From a virus: DNA of 45,653 nucleotides. The stretch is taken from the IMG/VR virus record IMGVR_UViG_3300042802_000002; one strand, given 5' to 3'. Below, piece by piece: positions 16,319 through 26,686 of the stretch. The translations under genes were made by a program, and so were the position numbers. Each line of letters opens with the position of its first letter. The first letter of the stretch is position 1. The notes below the pieces were generated by a model, which saw nothing but the letters and a program-made list of their open reading frames with translations, was not told the DNA's origin and ran no database searches.

Positions 16319-16497
16319 TTCTTTGCTCCTAACTTTTTTACGGCATCACCACCTATTATTACTACCGCTAAAGTAGTAAATGTATTCTCATCAAATATGC
16401 CTGTTATTTTGCCTATAAAAACGATTAGCAAAAACACTAAGTCTTGCTGAAAATCATTATCCATAAATAAATCTAACCAATCCTTAACTAACTTCAT
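16315..16497 (-). CDS. Holin-like small membrane protein
   Basis: 60 aa; two hydrophobic segments and a charged C-terminus (KKLGAKK); overlaps the endolysin stop. Confidence 0.45.
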   Translation of the reverse strand: MKLVKDWLDLFMDNDFQQDLVFLLIVFIGKITGIFDENTFTTLAVVIIGGDAVKKLGAKK

Positions 16498-16865
16498 CTT
16501 CTATTATCCCACTCTGCTGGCCTGTGCCGTACATCTAAGTGGATAAAAGTATTATATAGTCCAATACCCCTAAAACCTATTTGCTTTGCTATACGCTTGA
16601 TTTCTTCAATCTGTAGAGGAATTGTGTGTAAACTAATATCTACTGCTTTTCCATAAAGATGTTGGCTATTTTTAGCACCATTAACCTGCTTATTTCTTTC
16701 AGGACAGCGATAAGCTGAATTGATAATTAAAGGTACTTCTAATCTATCTCTTAACTGCTGCAGCTTATCTAATAATTCTTCATCTATTCTAGTATGCCTG
16801 TGATCTGGGTGAGTACATTCAAACTCTGACATCTTAAAATTTTTGCTTATCTGAATATCATTCAT
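16494..16865 (-). CDS. Endolysin, peptidase M15 (D-Ala-D-Ala carboxypeptidase-like) family
   Basis: 123 aa; SAYRCPERN ... HLYGKAVD ... IHLDVRH matches the M15 zinc-ligand pattern. Confidence 0.75.
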   Translation of the reverse strand: MNDIQISKNFKMSEFECTHPDHRHTRIDEELLDKLQQLRDRLEVPLIINSAYRCPERNKQVNGAKNSQHLYGKAVDISLHTIPLQIEEIKRIAKQIGFRGIGLYNTFIHLDVRHRPAEWDNRR

Positions 16866-16874
16866 AGTTACCTC

Positions 16875-17243
16875 CTAAATAAATCTAGTCGCTACACCAC
16901 CTAAAAATAATAAAACATATATGATCCAGCGTATATTATCTTTCCAGGTGCTATTACTTTTTTCTTTTGTTTGATTTTCAACTTCTAACCTGGCTAATCT
17001 GGCCTTGTTATTTTCCATTAATCTTCTATCTTCCTGTCTTTTTTCGATTAAGCCGTTATATTTAACCATATTCTTATTCATTTCGTCCATCTTAATGCTG
17101 ACTTCTTCGAATTTAGACATCATAGTTTCAAACAGCTGCTTATTATCATACCAATCACCGTGTTTTAGCCTATCTATTTCTTTTTCGTGCTGCTCTATTT
17201 TTTCTTTATAAGGGCAATCCTGCTTTTCTGTCATTAACATCAC
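16875..17243 (-). CDS. Coiled-coil protein with C-terminal transmembrane anchor (holin or spanin-like candidate)
   Basis: 122 aa; hydrophobic C-terminus WIIYVLLFLGGVATRFI. Confidence 0.45.
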   Translation of the reverse strand: MMLMTEKQDCPYKEKIEQHEKEIDRLKHGDWYDNKQLFETMMSKFEEVSIKMDEMNKNMVKYNGLIEKRQEDRRLMENNKARLARLEVENQTKEKSNSTWKDNIRWIIYVLLFLGGVATRFI

Positions 17244-17245
17244 TC

Positions 17246-20200
17246 CTAATCACTAAGCGGCTCTTTGCCATTATATCTGCGAGCCAAATTAATTTTTTGT
17301 CTTTCTAGTTTATCTACTGTTTCTTTTTTACCCTGGCTTTGTGCGTACTTAATTTGCCTGTTGATATTAGCGAAGTGCCTAATCAGCTTATTTAGTTGTG
17401 ATAAATTCCTTTTAGCTTCCATTATTTCTTTTCGCGAGTACCTTAAATCTTCGCCATATCTCCTTGAATTATTATAATTAGCGACCATTTGAGTATATTT
17501 TTTCTGATCCTGGTACACTTTTGTTACATCTTCATAATATCCAGACTCTGAAATACTTATTAGCCGCTTAACTGCATTAAAAGGTATTATATTACTTAGT
17601 GCTTCTAAAGTGCCGTCAGCATAAGCAATAGAAGGATTAACTATTGCACTACCTCCTAAGTTAAAGAACTCATATAATCCAAATTCTTTAAGTTTCTGGC
17701 CGACATTACCTGTCAGCATAGCTTCCTCTGATATTACATTTCTACCCCGCCAGGTATCGTAAATATTCTCTCCAGATGTTAACCTTTGAACATCAGCTGC
17801 GGCCTGCAATAATGGGTTAAGATTACTTGTATTCCACGGTAATTCAGTCCAGACTGTACCTGCAACATCTCCCCATTCTCCACGGGCTGCATTATAGACA
17901 GCAGATGTAACAGCCTGTCCGATAAAGTCCTGTGGAAGTTGTATAGTTATTGCTTTGCCGTTTGCTTTCCATACAGGAACTACTAAATAAGTTTCTTTTT
18001 TATATTCGCTGACGCCTTCCATTGTTTCTGCTATCTTTTTAGCAAATTCACTATTTGGGAATAATTCGTCAGCTTCTTCTGCACCAAGCTGCAGTAATTT
18101 AGGAAGCAAACTAAATAACGCAAGTTTAAATAAGAATGTGCCTGGATTTTGCCTAAAACTTTCAGCTGCAGCAGTCCAACCTGATTTCCTAATTGTTGAG
18201 AAGATAAATAAGTTATTAGTAATTGAGTGTAAAGCACCTCTTTGCTTGAAGTCAGGAGTACCGACTCTGGTCCTTACTCTGTGTGCTAAATCGCCTTCAG
18301 ATAGATTAGTTCTCTTGCTTAACATTCTGTATCCAGCTATTTGACCTGCCATTTCTGCGACCTGACCGAAGTTGTCTAATCCTTCCCAAGCACTACGGAC
18401 TTTATCGGGTATTAATTTTTGTAATCTGCTGTGTTCTTCCCCGCTTTGTTCGTTATAATCAAAGATTTCAGTTAATAACTGTTGAGTATCATCTTCCATA
18501 TAACTGTCAGAAGGTCTATACATTCTGTCTATGGTTAACATTCTATTTCTTCTCATATATGAAATATCTTCTGATCTCTTATTGTGCCTTACATTATTCC
18601 AGGCTTCTGAAAAAGCCTTCTTGTACTCGTGGGCTAATGCTGGAATATCTTTTATACCAATTTCAGGGTTATTCATAACTGTAGCAAAGAAATCTCGTGG
18701 AATGTTAAAAATCATCCAACGTGGGTTGTGAGATACAATTATCGACTTCATACCCTGGACTATTGATAAAATAGTATTTGTAGCTGCATTAGCCTTGTGT
18801 GGAGTATATTCGTATAGGTCAGCTATATCTTTTTCAACTAAATATCCGTCTAATTTGCCGTTAACTGTAAAAGTTATTAATCCTTCATCAGCGTCTGTAG
18901 AGTCTTTAGGTATTATCTTACCGTATATTTCTTTTGTTGGTGCTTGTCTTATTGACTCTGGGGCTATTTTCTTTAATGCTTTTACTGCAGCCACCTTAGA
19001 CTCGTTAATACGGATAGAACTGATTATACTCATATCTTTAAGCATTGTGGCAACAAGTGGATTACTTATTTTCCTACCTGTACCATATTGCCGCATAATT
19101 ATATCGCCAGTACCTTCGCCAAATTCAGTATTAATATAATCTACTACCTCAAAAGTTACATACTCTTTATTATTTTTAACTTTTTCCATAGCTGCTTCTG
19201 TAAACATATTAGATTTTTCCATTATAGGTATAATTCTTTCCTGTCTTAATTGATAATATTTTTCTGCAGCGTTAACTATTTTTTGATATTTTTCTTCTCC
19301 GTATTTATCTAATAAAGCCTGCTGCATTTCTTCTGCTCTAACTGTATTAACAAAAAGTGGGTTAGCATATTTTCTTCTGTCGCCCAAAACTCTTTTATTA
19401 AATAAGAAAGAGTTAAAATCTAAGAAGTCTATATCATAATTTGATAATCCTTCTATTATCTGGCCTATATTGTAGAGGTAATCTTCTACCTCAGAGGACA
19501 TATAAGCTATTTCCTCCATTTTATTTCTTGCTTCCCTGGATAACTTTCCTTTTTCTCCAGTATCGCTGTATTCTCCCCTAAAATATTTGTAGAGGGCTGA
19601 ATTTTTATCAATAAAACTTTCTATTAGCCAATCAAAACCACTTTTTACTCCCCGTTCTCTACGCTGTATCTTCTTTTTAGTCTGTTCTACACCGTCAACC
19701 ATACCTTCTTGTAAATTGTCAAAGGTTTTGTTTATCATTTCAGATCTATTTTCCATTAAGTGCCTTACAGTATTATATGATTTTTTTACTGCTGGCTTTT
19801 CAGATATACTTTTTTGGATAAACTGACTAAATAATGGTGCTTCCTGCTGCAGCATTTCAGGATCCAAAAAGAATACACTCATAGCGTCAGCGTAAAGTTC
19901 CTCTGGGCTAAAGCGGTATTGTCTGTATTTTTTATTGCTTGTATCAAACGGTTTCCATTTTTGAGATAACCTCTGCAGCTCTTTTTTTAGTCTGGGACCT
20001 AACTTTTTACTATCTCTGATAGCGTCTAAGGTTTCGTCTTTTTCTCCTTTGTAAATAAGACTCATATTATCCATTAATTCGCCTTCATCTAACTCACTTC
20101 TAGGAATAAAATCTATTAAGTGGCCTAATTCGTGCGACATTGTCTGTGCTGCAAACTCTGGATCAACTTCTAATACTCTGACCTCTACATAGTTTTTAGT

Positions 20201-23200
20201 AAATTTAGTTTTAAATTCTACTTCGCCAATTTCAGGATCATTTTCTATTCTTGTTCTAATTTCCTGTATTCTTCTGTCATATTGCTTATTTGGTATCTTT
20301 TCCTGGTGGATTGTAGGTCCGATAAATATATCAGGATTAAGGCCTATACTGCCGTCTTTAGGCATATAATAACCCAATGTACCTGTATTACTTAACTTTT
20401 TGATAATACCAGGATATTTGCCCTCTGATAAGGCTAGAATTATATCTAAGAGTTCAGGCATTTCTATTTTTTTATCGTTAAGAGTAAACTTTGCTCTAGC
20501 ATACTTATTCTTCTGGCTAAATTCTACAGCGTTTCTGCTCATTTTAACATTCTTGCCGTTAATATTTATATTTTTAGGCTCTTTACCGAATAAAGTTTTG
20601 TTAGTTTCTATACTTTTTTTAACATTATTATTTTCGTTGCCTACTTCATATCTTATTATTTTGCCCCAGCGTGGTGATATATTACCTTCTTTTATTAAAT
20701 CGTTAACCTTAGATTTTATTGTTTCTACTGGAGTTTTATCAAAACTTTCTTTTAAGTTTTTAGCAGCTTCTTTAATTGTTCTGCCGACTGACATTTTAGC
20801 ACCGCTTTTACCTTCTGTTATAATCCAATAGTTTGGAGGTGTAGTTGTCTTTTTGTTTTTGATTTTACCTACCTGATCTTTAATCCTATATCTAAAAAGG
20901 TCCATATCTTCTGTGCCAGGTATAGATATTGGTTTAGCTTTTAAAACCTGCACAAATTCGCCTTCGTTATCGAATATATAATAGTTGTTAGGCTCTGCTA
21001 ACTGACTTGTATCAATATCAGGCTTACCAGTTTTAACAGTTTCTCCTTTAAATACCCCTGATTGATCTGTTCCTCCTAAAGCCATAATAATATCAGAAAT
21101 AACAAGCGGTCCTCTAGGTGTAACTACCTTGCCTTTTTCTCTTTCACTATATATTGGAGGTTTATTTTCAATTTCAATATATCCTCCAGGAGTATTAATT
21201 TTAATAGTTTGATTAAAGTTTTTAGACTTTTCGATTAAGTCTTTAATCATATCTTTTCTCTCAGTATAACTTCCCATAATATCCCGTGTTTTGCTTCTTT
21301 TAACTATTTTTAGATTATCAAATAATTCATCTGAATTTATATCGCCATTTATATGCTGCCATAATCTATATTCTAAAGTATCTTGCCTAGTTGGACTTGA
21401 TTTACCTTCGATTTCTTCCATTCTTTCCTGTGCTTTTTCTTGTGCAAATTCTTCTACTTGTTCAGATTGATATTTTTCTAATCTTTTTTCTATTTCATCA
21501 ATAGCTTTATTATATTCTCGACCTATATCATCTACAGACGCTTGCGAATTAGGTAAATCAAATTCATCTTTTGAAATTTCTAATCCAGCTTCCCTAGCTT
21601 TATTAAATATTTCTTCAAATTCCGTGGTTTGTTTATCATATAAATCTTGTTTAAATTGCTGATTTTCTGTAGTTTCTACATTATTAAATCTTTCTTTATA
21701 GAAGTTATAAGTAGGCTCATTTAACATTTCTACTTCTCTAGCTTTATCTAAAATTTGATTAACTTTATCTTTAGATATATTACCTTCTTCAATATCAATA
21801 GTAATTCTATCTAAATCACCTTTAACTAAATCATAGATAGCTGTTATAATTTCTCGATCAGCTATTTCCTGTCCCCATTCAGTTAGTGCAGCACTACCAG
21901 TTTTCCTATTTTCATTTTCTGTTTTTCTTTTTTGCTTATCTTCTCTTTTTATTGCATTACTAATTGCTGTTTCTCTTTTTCTACTAATAATTTTTTGTCT
22001 TTCTTCTATTTCAGCTTCTTGTCTTGCTTTTTCAGCCGCTTTATTAATATCTTTAGTAGTAACAACTTTCCCTTTAGTTTCAGAAGTCTTTTTAACATAG
22101 TTATATGCTTTGCGGCCAGCTTCTTTAATCTGTTTTTTATCTTTTGGAGTAAGTTCTATTTCATTTTCTTGCTGTTCTCCTACAACTTCACCTTCTTGTT
22201 TTTTTATTTTTCTACGAATAGATTTTTTAGCTTTTTCCTGCCATTCTACCATAGCTTTTCTTTTGTTTTGTGCCGCTTTGGCTCTTTTATCGTTCTGACG
22301 AGTATTGAAATTAGCAGGCCCAGCTATCATAGGAGAACTTACTCTGCTTTGAGAAGATAAATAATCATTTAATTTTTTAATATAATTTTCTTTATATTTC
22401 TGTAATTCATCAGTTAATACTTTTCTTTGTGTTTCATTTCCGACAATCTCATTTAATTCATTATATAAATCTTTTATATGGTTAATATATGATCTTTTAA
22501 GTAAATCGGCCCTGTCTTTCGGGGTGTGGCTAGTCCCTCTGAAAGCTCTAATTAACAATTCATTATCTAAATCATTTGGAGAAATTTCTATTGGTATATC
22601 AGAAGTATCTATGTCCTCCGCTTTAACCTTTTTAGTAGGCTCTGAAAAAGCTCTCTTTTCTAAATATTCATATCCTGCTTTTTCACCAAATTTATTAGCC
22701 ACTTTATTAGCTGCTCTAATTAAAGCATTAAAACTTTCTTTTTCTCTCCAAAATTCTATTTCTTTTTTACTAAAACCTTCATCTTGATATTTTTTATCTA
22801 AAAAGTATTTTTCATATTTATTTAATTCATATTCTTGTTGTCCTTCATCTTCAACAATACCTTCCTGTTGCTGTTGGCCCTCTTGGATAGGTTGGCCTTC
22901 AATAGCTGCTCTAGTTTTTCTGGCTTCATTGATAGCGTCATCTATCCTCTGATAAGTCCAGGTGTTACCGTTCGTATCTATAACATCAAATTTAGCACCA
23001 TTATGAACTACATAAGATTGTAATTCTTCTGGAATGCCAGGAGTATTCTCTTGCGAAGCCATTTCTCTAAAATTATCTATTTGCTCGTTGCTCTGTTGTA
23101 TATATTGGCCTGTTTCTTCTACTGTTGTATCTGGCTGTGTATTTAGACCTTCATCAGTTTGATTTTCATTTTCTATAGTATTATCCACATTATTTGGCTG

Positions 23201-25069
23201 CTCAATTGGAGTTTGAGCGACATCTCCCTGCTGCTGCGGTTGTGGTGTATAATTTTGTCTAGCTTCTACTAACTGCTTTCTTAAATCTGATAAAACATTT
23301 AGCGATTTTTGTCGAACGGTATCTACATCATCTGCAGCTGTAGGCATATCATATTGACTTAAATCTACCTGGCCGCCATACTGATTAATTCTTCCTACTA
23401 TATCATTAATCATTTTCTGACGGCTGCTAAGTAAATTCTGTGCTGCCTGTGGTTGATTTTCAGCTATTTCTGCCTGCTGCACCTGTTCTCTTGTTGCTGT
23501 TTCAAATGGAGTAACAGTTGATAGATCATATCCGTTGTTAGCAAGTACGGTAAACAATTCTTCCATACTTTCAGCAGTCATAGTACCCTGTCGCTGGTTG
23601 CCCTGGAATACATCAACTAAAATATTATCATTCATATTTCTTACAATAGCATAATTATTGTTATCTATATTAACTGTAAAAGTGTTTAAATCTTGCTGGT
23701 TATTGATTAAGTTTTCTAAAATTCTTTGTTTAGCAACTGCTGCAGCTTTTTGTTCAGCCATTGTTCCCTGAAAACCTTGGAAAGCATTTTGGGTAGCTTC
23801 TCCACTTTGTTGTCTTTGCCTTTCCATTTCTTCTTGTTGCTGCATTTCAGTCTTTTTTTGGTTAAGCTGTCTGCTAATTTTTTCTATCCTTCTTTGTTCT
23901 TTTTGATTTCTTTCATACCGTGCTTCTCTTTTTAAATCTTCCATCATTCTTTCCGCTTTGATTATTTGATTAATGTCGTATCTTAAATTTTGAGCATTGT
24001 TTTGTCTATAATCTCCTACGGAAGAAAGAATAGCACCTGTAGCAATAGCACCTAATCCAGCGTTAGCAACTAAAGAAGTGAATTCGTCTGCATTAAATTG
24101 TTTTCCTTTAATTATTACATCAGAAATATAGTTTGTTGCCTCTGTACCCATTTCCTCGCCAGCTTCTGATAATCCACCTTTAGCACCTGATTTAAGCCAG
24201 TTTGCAAGACCCCACTCTATACCTTTTTGCATTTGGTCGCCAGCTATTTTATTAGTTCTCACAATATCATCTATCATAGGGAGTGTTACTAAACTTTCCC
24301 AAATCACTTCGGAAGTACCTTTTACACCTGCTGATAGTAACTCTTGTTGGTCTGATAGTTCAGGACCACCTTCTGTTTCTCTATATTCGCCACCAGCAGC
24401 TGATAATCCAATAACTGCTTTGGGTAGGGCTTGCGATAGTACATTAGAAGTACCTAACATACTACCTGCTGTGCTTGTAGCACCTAAACCCTGTGCTGCT
24501 GTACCTGCAAAACCGCCCATCATAGCAAGTAATATATTAGGAGCAGTCTGTGCTGTTACGCTAACTAGCTGCTTGCCAAAGTCCATAAATCTGCCTTCTT
24601 TTAGACTTTCTATCATATTATTACCCAACTGCTTACTTTCCATACTCTTGCTATCAAAAATGGTTTCTGCAGCTTGATTAGAAGCGTCAGAATAGCTGTC
24701 TAACCCTTCTTCTATAAGATTAAACCCTGGTATCTTAAAAGCGTCGCTGCTGTCAACTTTCATTTGTTCATTACCTGTTAATTCTGCAAAAGCATTTTGA
24801 GGTTGTGCTGCAGCTGAATAAACGAATTTACCCAGCCATCTAGCACCATTTGCTATATTACCAAATAATCTAGCTGATCCTCCTGCGAAATCTTTGGCAG
24901 TATCAGTAAATATGTTGCCGTCATTATACTGCGGCTGAGGTTGATTAACTGGCTGGCTGATATTTTGTTCTGTATTCATCTGCATATCAGGAAAAGGTAT
25001 TGCTTTAACATTTATATTGTTTTTTGGTTTTTCTTCTTCCATACCTGGAAAAGGTATTGCTTTAGCCAT
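17246..25069 (-). CDS. Giant virion-associated protein (2,607 aa) with HExxH motif; candidate internal/ejection or tail protein
   Basis: Uninterrupted 7,824-nt ORF; duplicated N-terminal KAIPFP(G/D)M motif; Gly/Ala-rich hydrophobic stretches; long Q/E/K-rich regions; HELGH encoded at 20120..20134. Confidence 0.8.
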   Translation of the reverse strand: MAKAIPFPGMEEEKPKNNINVKAIPFPDMQMNTEQNISQPVNQPQPQYNDGNIFTDTAKDFAGGSARLFGNIANGARWLGKFVYSAAAQPQNAFAELTGNEQMKVDSSDAFKIPGFNLIEEGLDSYSDASNQAAETIFDSKSMESKQLGNNMIESLKEGRFMDFGKQLVSVTAQTAPNILLAMMGGFAGTAAQGLGATSTAGSMLGTSNVLSQALPKAVIGLSAAGGEYRETEGGPELSDQQELLSAGVKGTSEVIWESLVTLPMIDDIVRTNKIAGDQMQKGIEWGLANWLKSGAKGGLSEAGEEMGTEATNYISDVIIKGKQFNADEFTSLVANAGLGAIATGAILSSVGDYRQNNAQNLRYDINQIIKAERMMEDLKREARYERNQKEQRRIEKISRQLNQKKTEMQQQEEMERQRQQSGEATQNAFQGFQGTMAEQKAAAVAKQRILENLINNQQDLNTFTVNIDNNNYAIVRNMNDNILVDVFQGNQRQGTMTAESMEELFTVLANNGYDLSTVTPFETATREQVQQAEIAENQPQAAQNLLSSRQKMINDIVGRINQYGGQVDLSQYDMPTAADDVDTVRQKSLNVLSDLRKQLVEARQNYTPQPQQQGDVAQTPIEQPNNVDNTIENENQTDEGLNTQPDTTVEETGQYIQQSNEQIDNFREMASQENTPGIPEELQSYVVHNGAKFDVIDTNGNTWTYQRIDDAINEARKTRAAIEGQPIQEGQQQQEGIVEDEGQQEYELNKYEKYFLDKKYQDEGFSKKEIEFWREKESFNALIRAANKVANKFGEKAGYEYLEKRAFSEPTKKVKAEDIDTSDIPIEISPNDLDNELLIRAFRGTSHTPKDRADLLKRSYINHIKDLYNELNEIVGNETQRKVLTDELQKYKENYIKKLNDYLSSQSRVSSPMIAGPANFNTRQNDKRAKAAQNKRKAMVEWQEKAKKSIRRKIKKQEGEVVGEQQENEIELTPKDKKQIKEAGRKAYNYVKKTSETKGKVVTTKDINKAAEKARQEAEIEERQKIISRKRETAISNAIKREDKQKRKTENENRKTGSAALTEWGQEIADREIITAIYDLVKGDLDRITIDIEEGNISKDKVNQILDKAREVEMLNEPTYNFYKERFNNVETTENQQFKQDLYDKQTTEFEEIFNKAREAGLEISKDEFDLPNSQASVDDIGREYNKAIDEIEKRLEKYQSEQVEEFAQEKAQERMEEIEGKSSPTRQDTLEYRLWQHINGDINSDELFDNLKIVKRSKTRDIMGSYTERKDMIKDLIEKSKNFNQTIKINTPGGYIEIENKPPIYSEREKGKVVTPRGPLVISDIIMALGGTDQSGVFKGETVKTGKPDIDTSQLAEPNNYYIFDNEGEFVQVLKAKPISIPGTEDMDLFRYRIKDQVGKIKNKKTTTPPNYWIITEGKSGAKMSVGRTIKEAAKNLKESFDKTPVETIKSKVNDLIKEGNISPRWGKIIRYEVGNENNNVKKSIETNKTLFGKEPKNININGKNVKMSRNAVEFSQKNKYARAKFTLNDKKIEMPELLDIILALSEGKYPGIIKKLSNTGTLGYYMPKDGSIGLNPDIFIGPTIHQEKIPNKQYDRRIQEIRTRIENDPEIGEVEFKTKFTKNYVEVRVLEVDPEFAAQTMSHELGHLIDFIPRSELDEGELMDNMSLIYKGEKDETLDAIRDSKKLGPRLKKELQRLSQKWKPFDTSNKKYRQYRFSPEELYADAMSVFFLDPEMLQQEAPLFSQFIQKSISEKPAVKKSYNTVRHLMENRSEMINKTFDNLQEGMVDGVEQTKKKIQRRERGVKSGFDWLIESFIDKNSALYKYFRGEYSDTGEKGKLSREARNKMEEIAYMSSEVEDYLYNIGQIIEGLSNYDIDFLDFNSFLFNKRVLGDRRKYANPLFVNTVRAEEMQQALLDKYGEEKYQKIVNAAEKYYQLRQERIIPIMEKSNMFTEAAMEKVKNNKEYVTFEVVDYINTEFGEGTGDIIMRQYGTGRKISNPLVATMLKDMSIISSIRINESKVAAVKALKKIAPESIRQAPTKEIYGKIIPKDSTDADEGLITFTVNGKLDGYLVEKDIADLYEYTPHKANAATNTILSIVQGMKSIIVSHNPRWMIFNIPRDFFATVMNNPEIGIKDIPALAHEYKKAFSEAWNNVRHNKRSEDISYMRRNRMLTIDRMYRPSDSYMEDDTQQLLTEIFDYNEQSGEEHSRLQKLIPDKVRSAWEGLDNFGQVAEMAGQIAGYRMLSKRTNLSEGDLAHRVRTRVGTPDFKQRGALHSITNNLFIFSTIRKSGWTAAAESFRQNPGTFLFKLALFSLLPKLLQLGAEEADELFPNSEFAKKIAETMEGVSEYKKETYLVVPVWKANGKAITIQLPQDFIGQAVTSAVYNAARGEWGDVAGTVWTELPWNTSNLNPLLQAAADVQRLTSGENIYDTWRGRNVISEEAMLTGNVGQKLKEFGLYEFFNLGGSAIVNPSIAYADGTLEALSNIIPFNAVKRLISISESGYYEDVTKVYQDQKKYTQMVANYNNSRRYGEDLRYSRKEIMEAKRNLSQLNKLIRHFANINRQIKYAQSQGKKETVDKLERQKINLARRYNGKEPLSD

Positions 25070-26674
25070 TTAATCCACCCCATTATTACTTAGGTAATTA
25101 ATCATTTCTTCTATAGTAATATTATTTGTATTCTCAAAATCACTTACAAATTGTTCATTATTTCTATTAGCTTTTAAATTTCTTAATAATTCTTCTTCTG
25201 TCATATTAAAGGTATTTTTATAAGCGTCAACAATCGCTTGTTCTGTTAAATTGCCTGCTTTATCATTAAGATAACTATTATATTGCTGATTTATACTGCT
25301 GTCAGTTAATCCAGGTGTTATTGAAGGCTCATCAGTTAATAAATTAAAGACTCCATTCCAAAAACCGCCGGTTTCTTCTCCTCCGCCACCGCCACCACCG
25401 CCTTGTGGTTGTACGAAGGTATCGTGATATTGATATTGGTATCCCATTTCTTCATCGCCAATAGCCTGAACTAATTGGCCATCTTTATTAACATAAGGAA
25501 TAGTAGCGTCCCGCATTAAAAATCCAGTATCAGGGTTTCTTCTTATTGGGCCTTCTTTATCAAAATTAACGATAGGCCATTGGCTTATATCCACACTACC
25601 TGCACCTGGTCCGCCGCCTGGACTGCCGCCGCCATTCATTGCTCTTATTAATGCGGCATAATCGCTTCCATATTTCAATGGTATTTGTCCTTCTACTCCA
25701 AAAGGAGCACCATTAATCATAGGACCATAATCTTGTCCTTGAGGCTGATTAAATTTCCTGTAGTTTAAAGCTGTATTTAAAATACCCATTAATTTATTAG
25801 CGTCATCAATTGGTACTTCACCGCCTGGAAGCCCGAGCTCGCCTAAATTAATTAATCTTTCCTGTTCAGGTTGCATTTGTTCCATATAAGTTCTTACCAT
25901 TTGTGCTGTTATATCATCTGCTGTAGTTTCTCTAGCTGCATTATAATTAGCAACTTCCCCTTCTAAATTATAATTTTCGTCCAAAGCAGCTCGTGCAGCT
26001 AAAAATTCTATTGGATTATTTATATTTTCATAAAAATTTGGTTCTTCTTCTGGCTGTGCAAATATCTCATTTTGTATATAGCTTGCTCTTTCATCAGGAT
26101 TAACAAATTCTTCTGGTACATCAACATAATTCGACAAAAAGTCGCCATATTCTTGAGATACTAAATTTTGTGCAAATTCGTTACCATCAAAAGCAGCTTG
26201 TGTCCAGCGATCATTCAAAAATTTAGTTTTCATATCAGGTTGTTCCTGCATAAAAGCTGAAAGGAAAGGATTATTAGTTAAATCTTCGCCGTATGCTTCA
26301 CTAGCACCAGCCATAATGTTACCAAACTCATTTTCGTCCCACGCCCCGCTGCTTAAAGCCTGTACTGCTGTGTTTAAAAACTGACCTTTGTTCATACCTA
26401 AATAAGTTGGATCTTCTTTACCAAAAAACATTTCAGTAGGAGTTGTACCTTCCTGTGTATCTACATATTGACCGTACTTATCTACAAATTCCTGCTGTGC
26501 TGCAGGAGTACCAATCTGTCTAGCTCGACTATAAGCCTGCATAGCAAAAGGATCTTGAAATACATCATAACTACCACTTTTTTTAGCAGCCCAATTTGAT
26601 ACCCTCTGCATACCACCTGCTTGATTAAACCCCTGCATAAAACCTGTTAAAAAATCACTACCTTTTCTAGCCAT
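25070..26674 (-). CDS. Virion structural protein with poly-Gly linkers
   Basis: 534 aa; GGGGGGGG and GGGSPGGGPGAG tracts; ATG abuts the giant gene. Confidence 0.65.
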   Translation of the reverse strand: MARKGSDFLTGFMQGFNQAGGMQRVSNWAAKKSGSYDVFQDPFAMQAYSRARQIGTPAAQQEFVDKYGQYVDTQEGTTPTEMFFGKEDPTYLGMNKGQFLNTAVQALSSGAWDENEFGNIMAGASEAYGEDLTNNPFLSAFMQEQPDMKTKFLNDRWTQAAFDGNEFAQNLVSQEYGDFLSNYVDVPEEFVNPDERASYIQNEIFAQPEEEPNFYENINNPIEFLAARAALDENYNLEGEVANYNAARETTADDITAQMVRTYMEQMQPEQERLINLGELGLPGGEVPIDDANKLMGILNTALNYRKFNQPQGQDYGPMINGAPFGVEGQIPLKYGSDYAALIRAMNGGGSPGGGPGAGSVDISQWPIVNFDKEGPIRRNPDTGFLMRDATIPYVNKDGQLVQAIGDEEMGYQYQYHDTFVQPQGGGGGGGGEETGGFWNGVFNLLTDEPSITPGLTDSSINQQYNSYLNDKAGNLTEQAIVDAYKNTFNMTEEELLRNLKANRNNEQFVSDFENTNNITIEEMINYLSNNGVD

Positions 26675-26686
26675 ATGCTCACCTCC

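Noticed and set aside
17265-24677. Numerous plus-strand ORFs of 60-143 aa from the six-frame track (for example 18795..19139, 20400..20831, 21932..22360, 22524..22787, 24420..24677)
   Set aside because: All lie antisense within the 2,607-aa minus-strand gene, are low-complexity (S/F/L-rich, reflecting the reverse complement of K/E-rich codons) and lack ribosome-binding sites; judged to be shadow ORFs.
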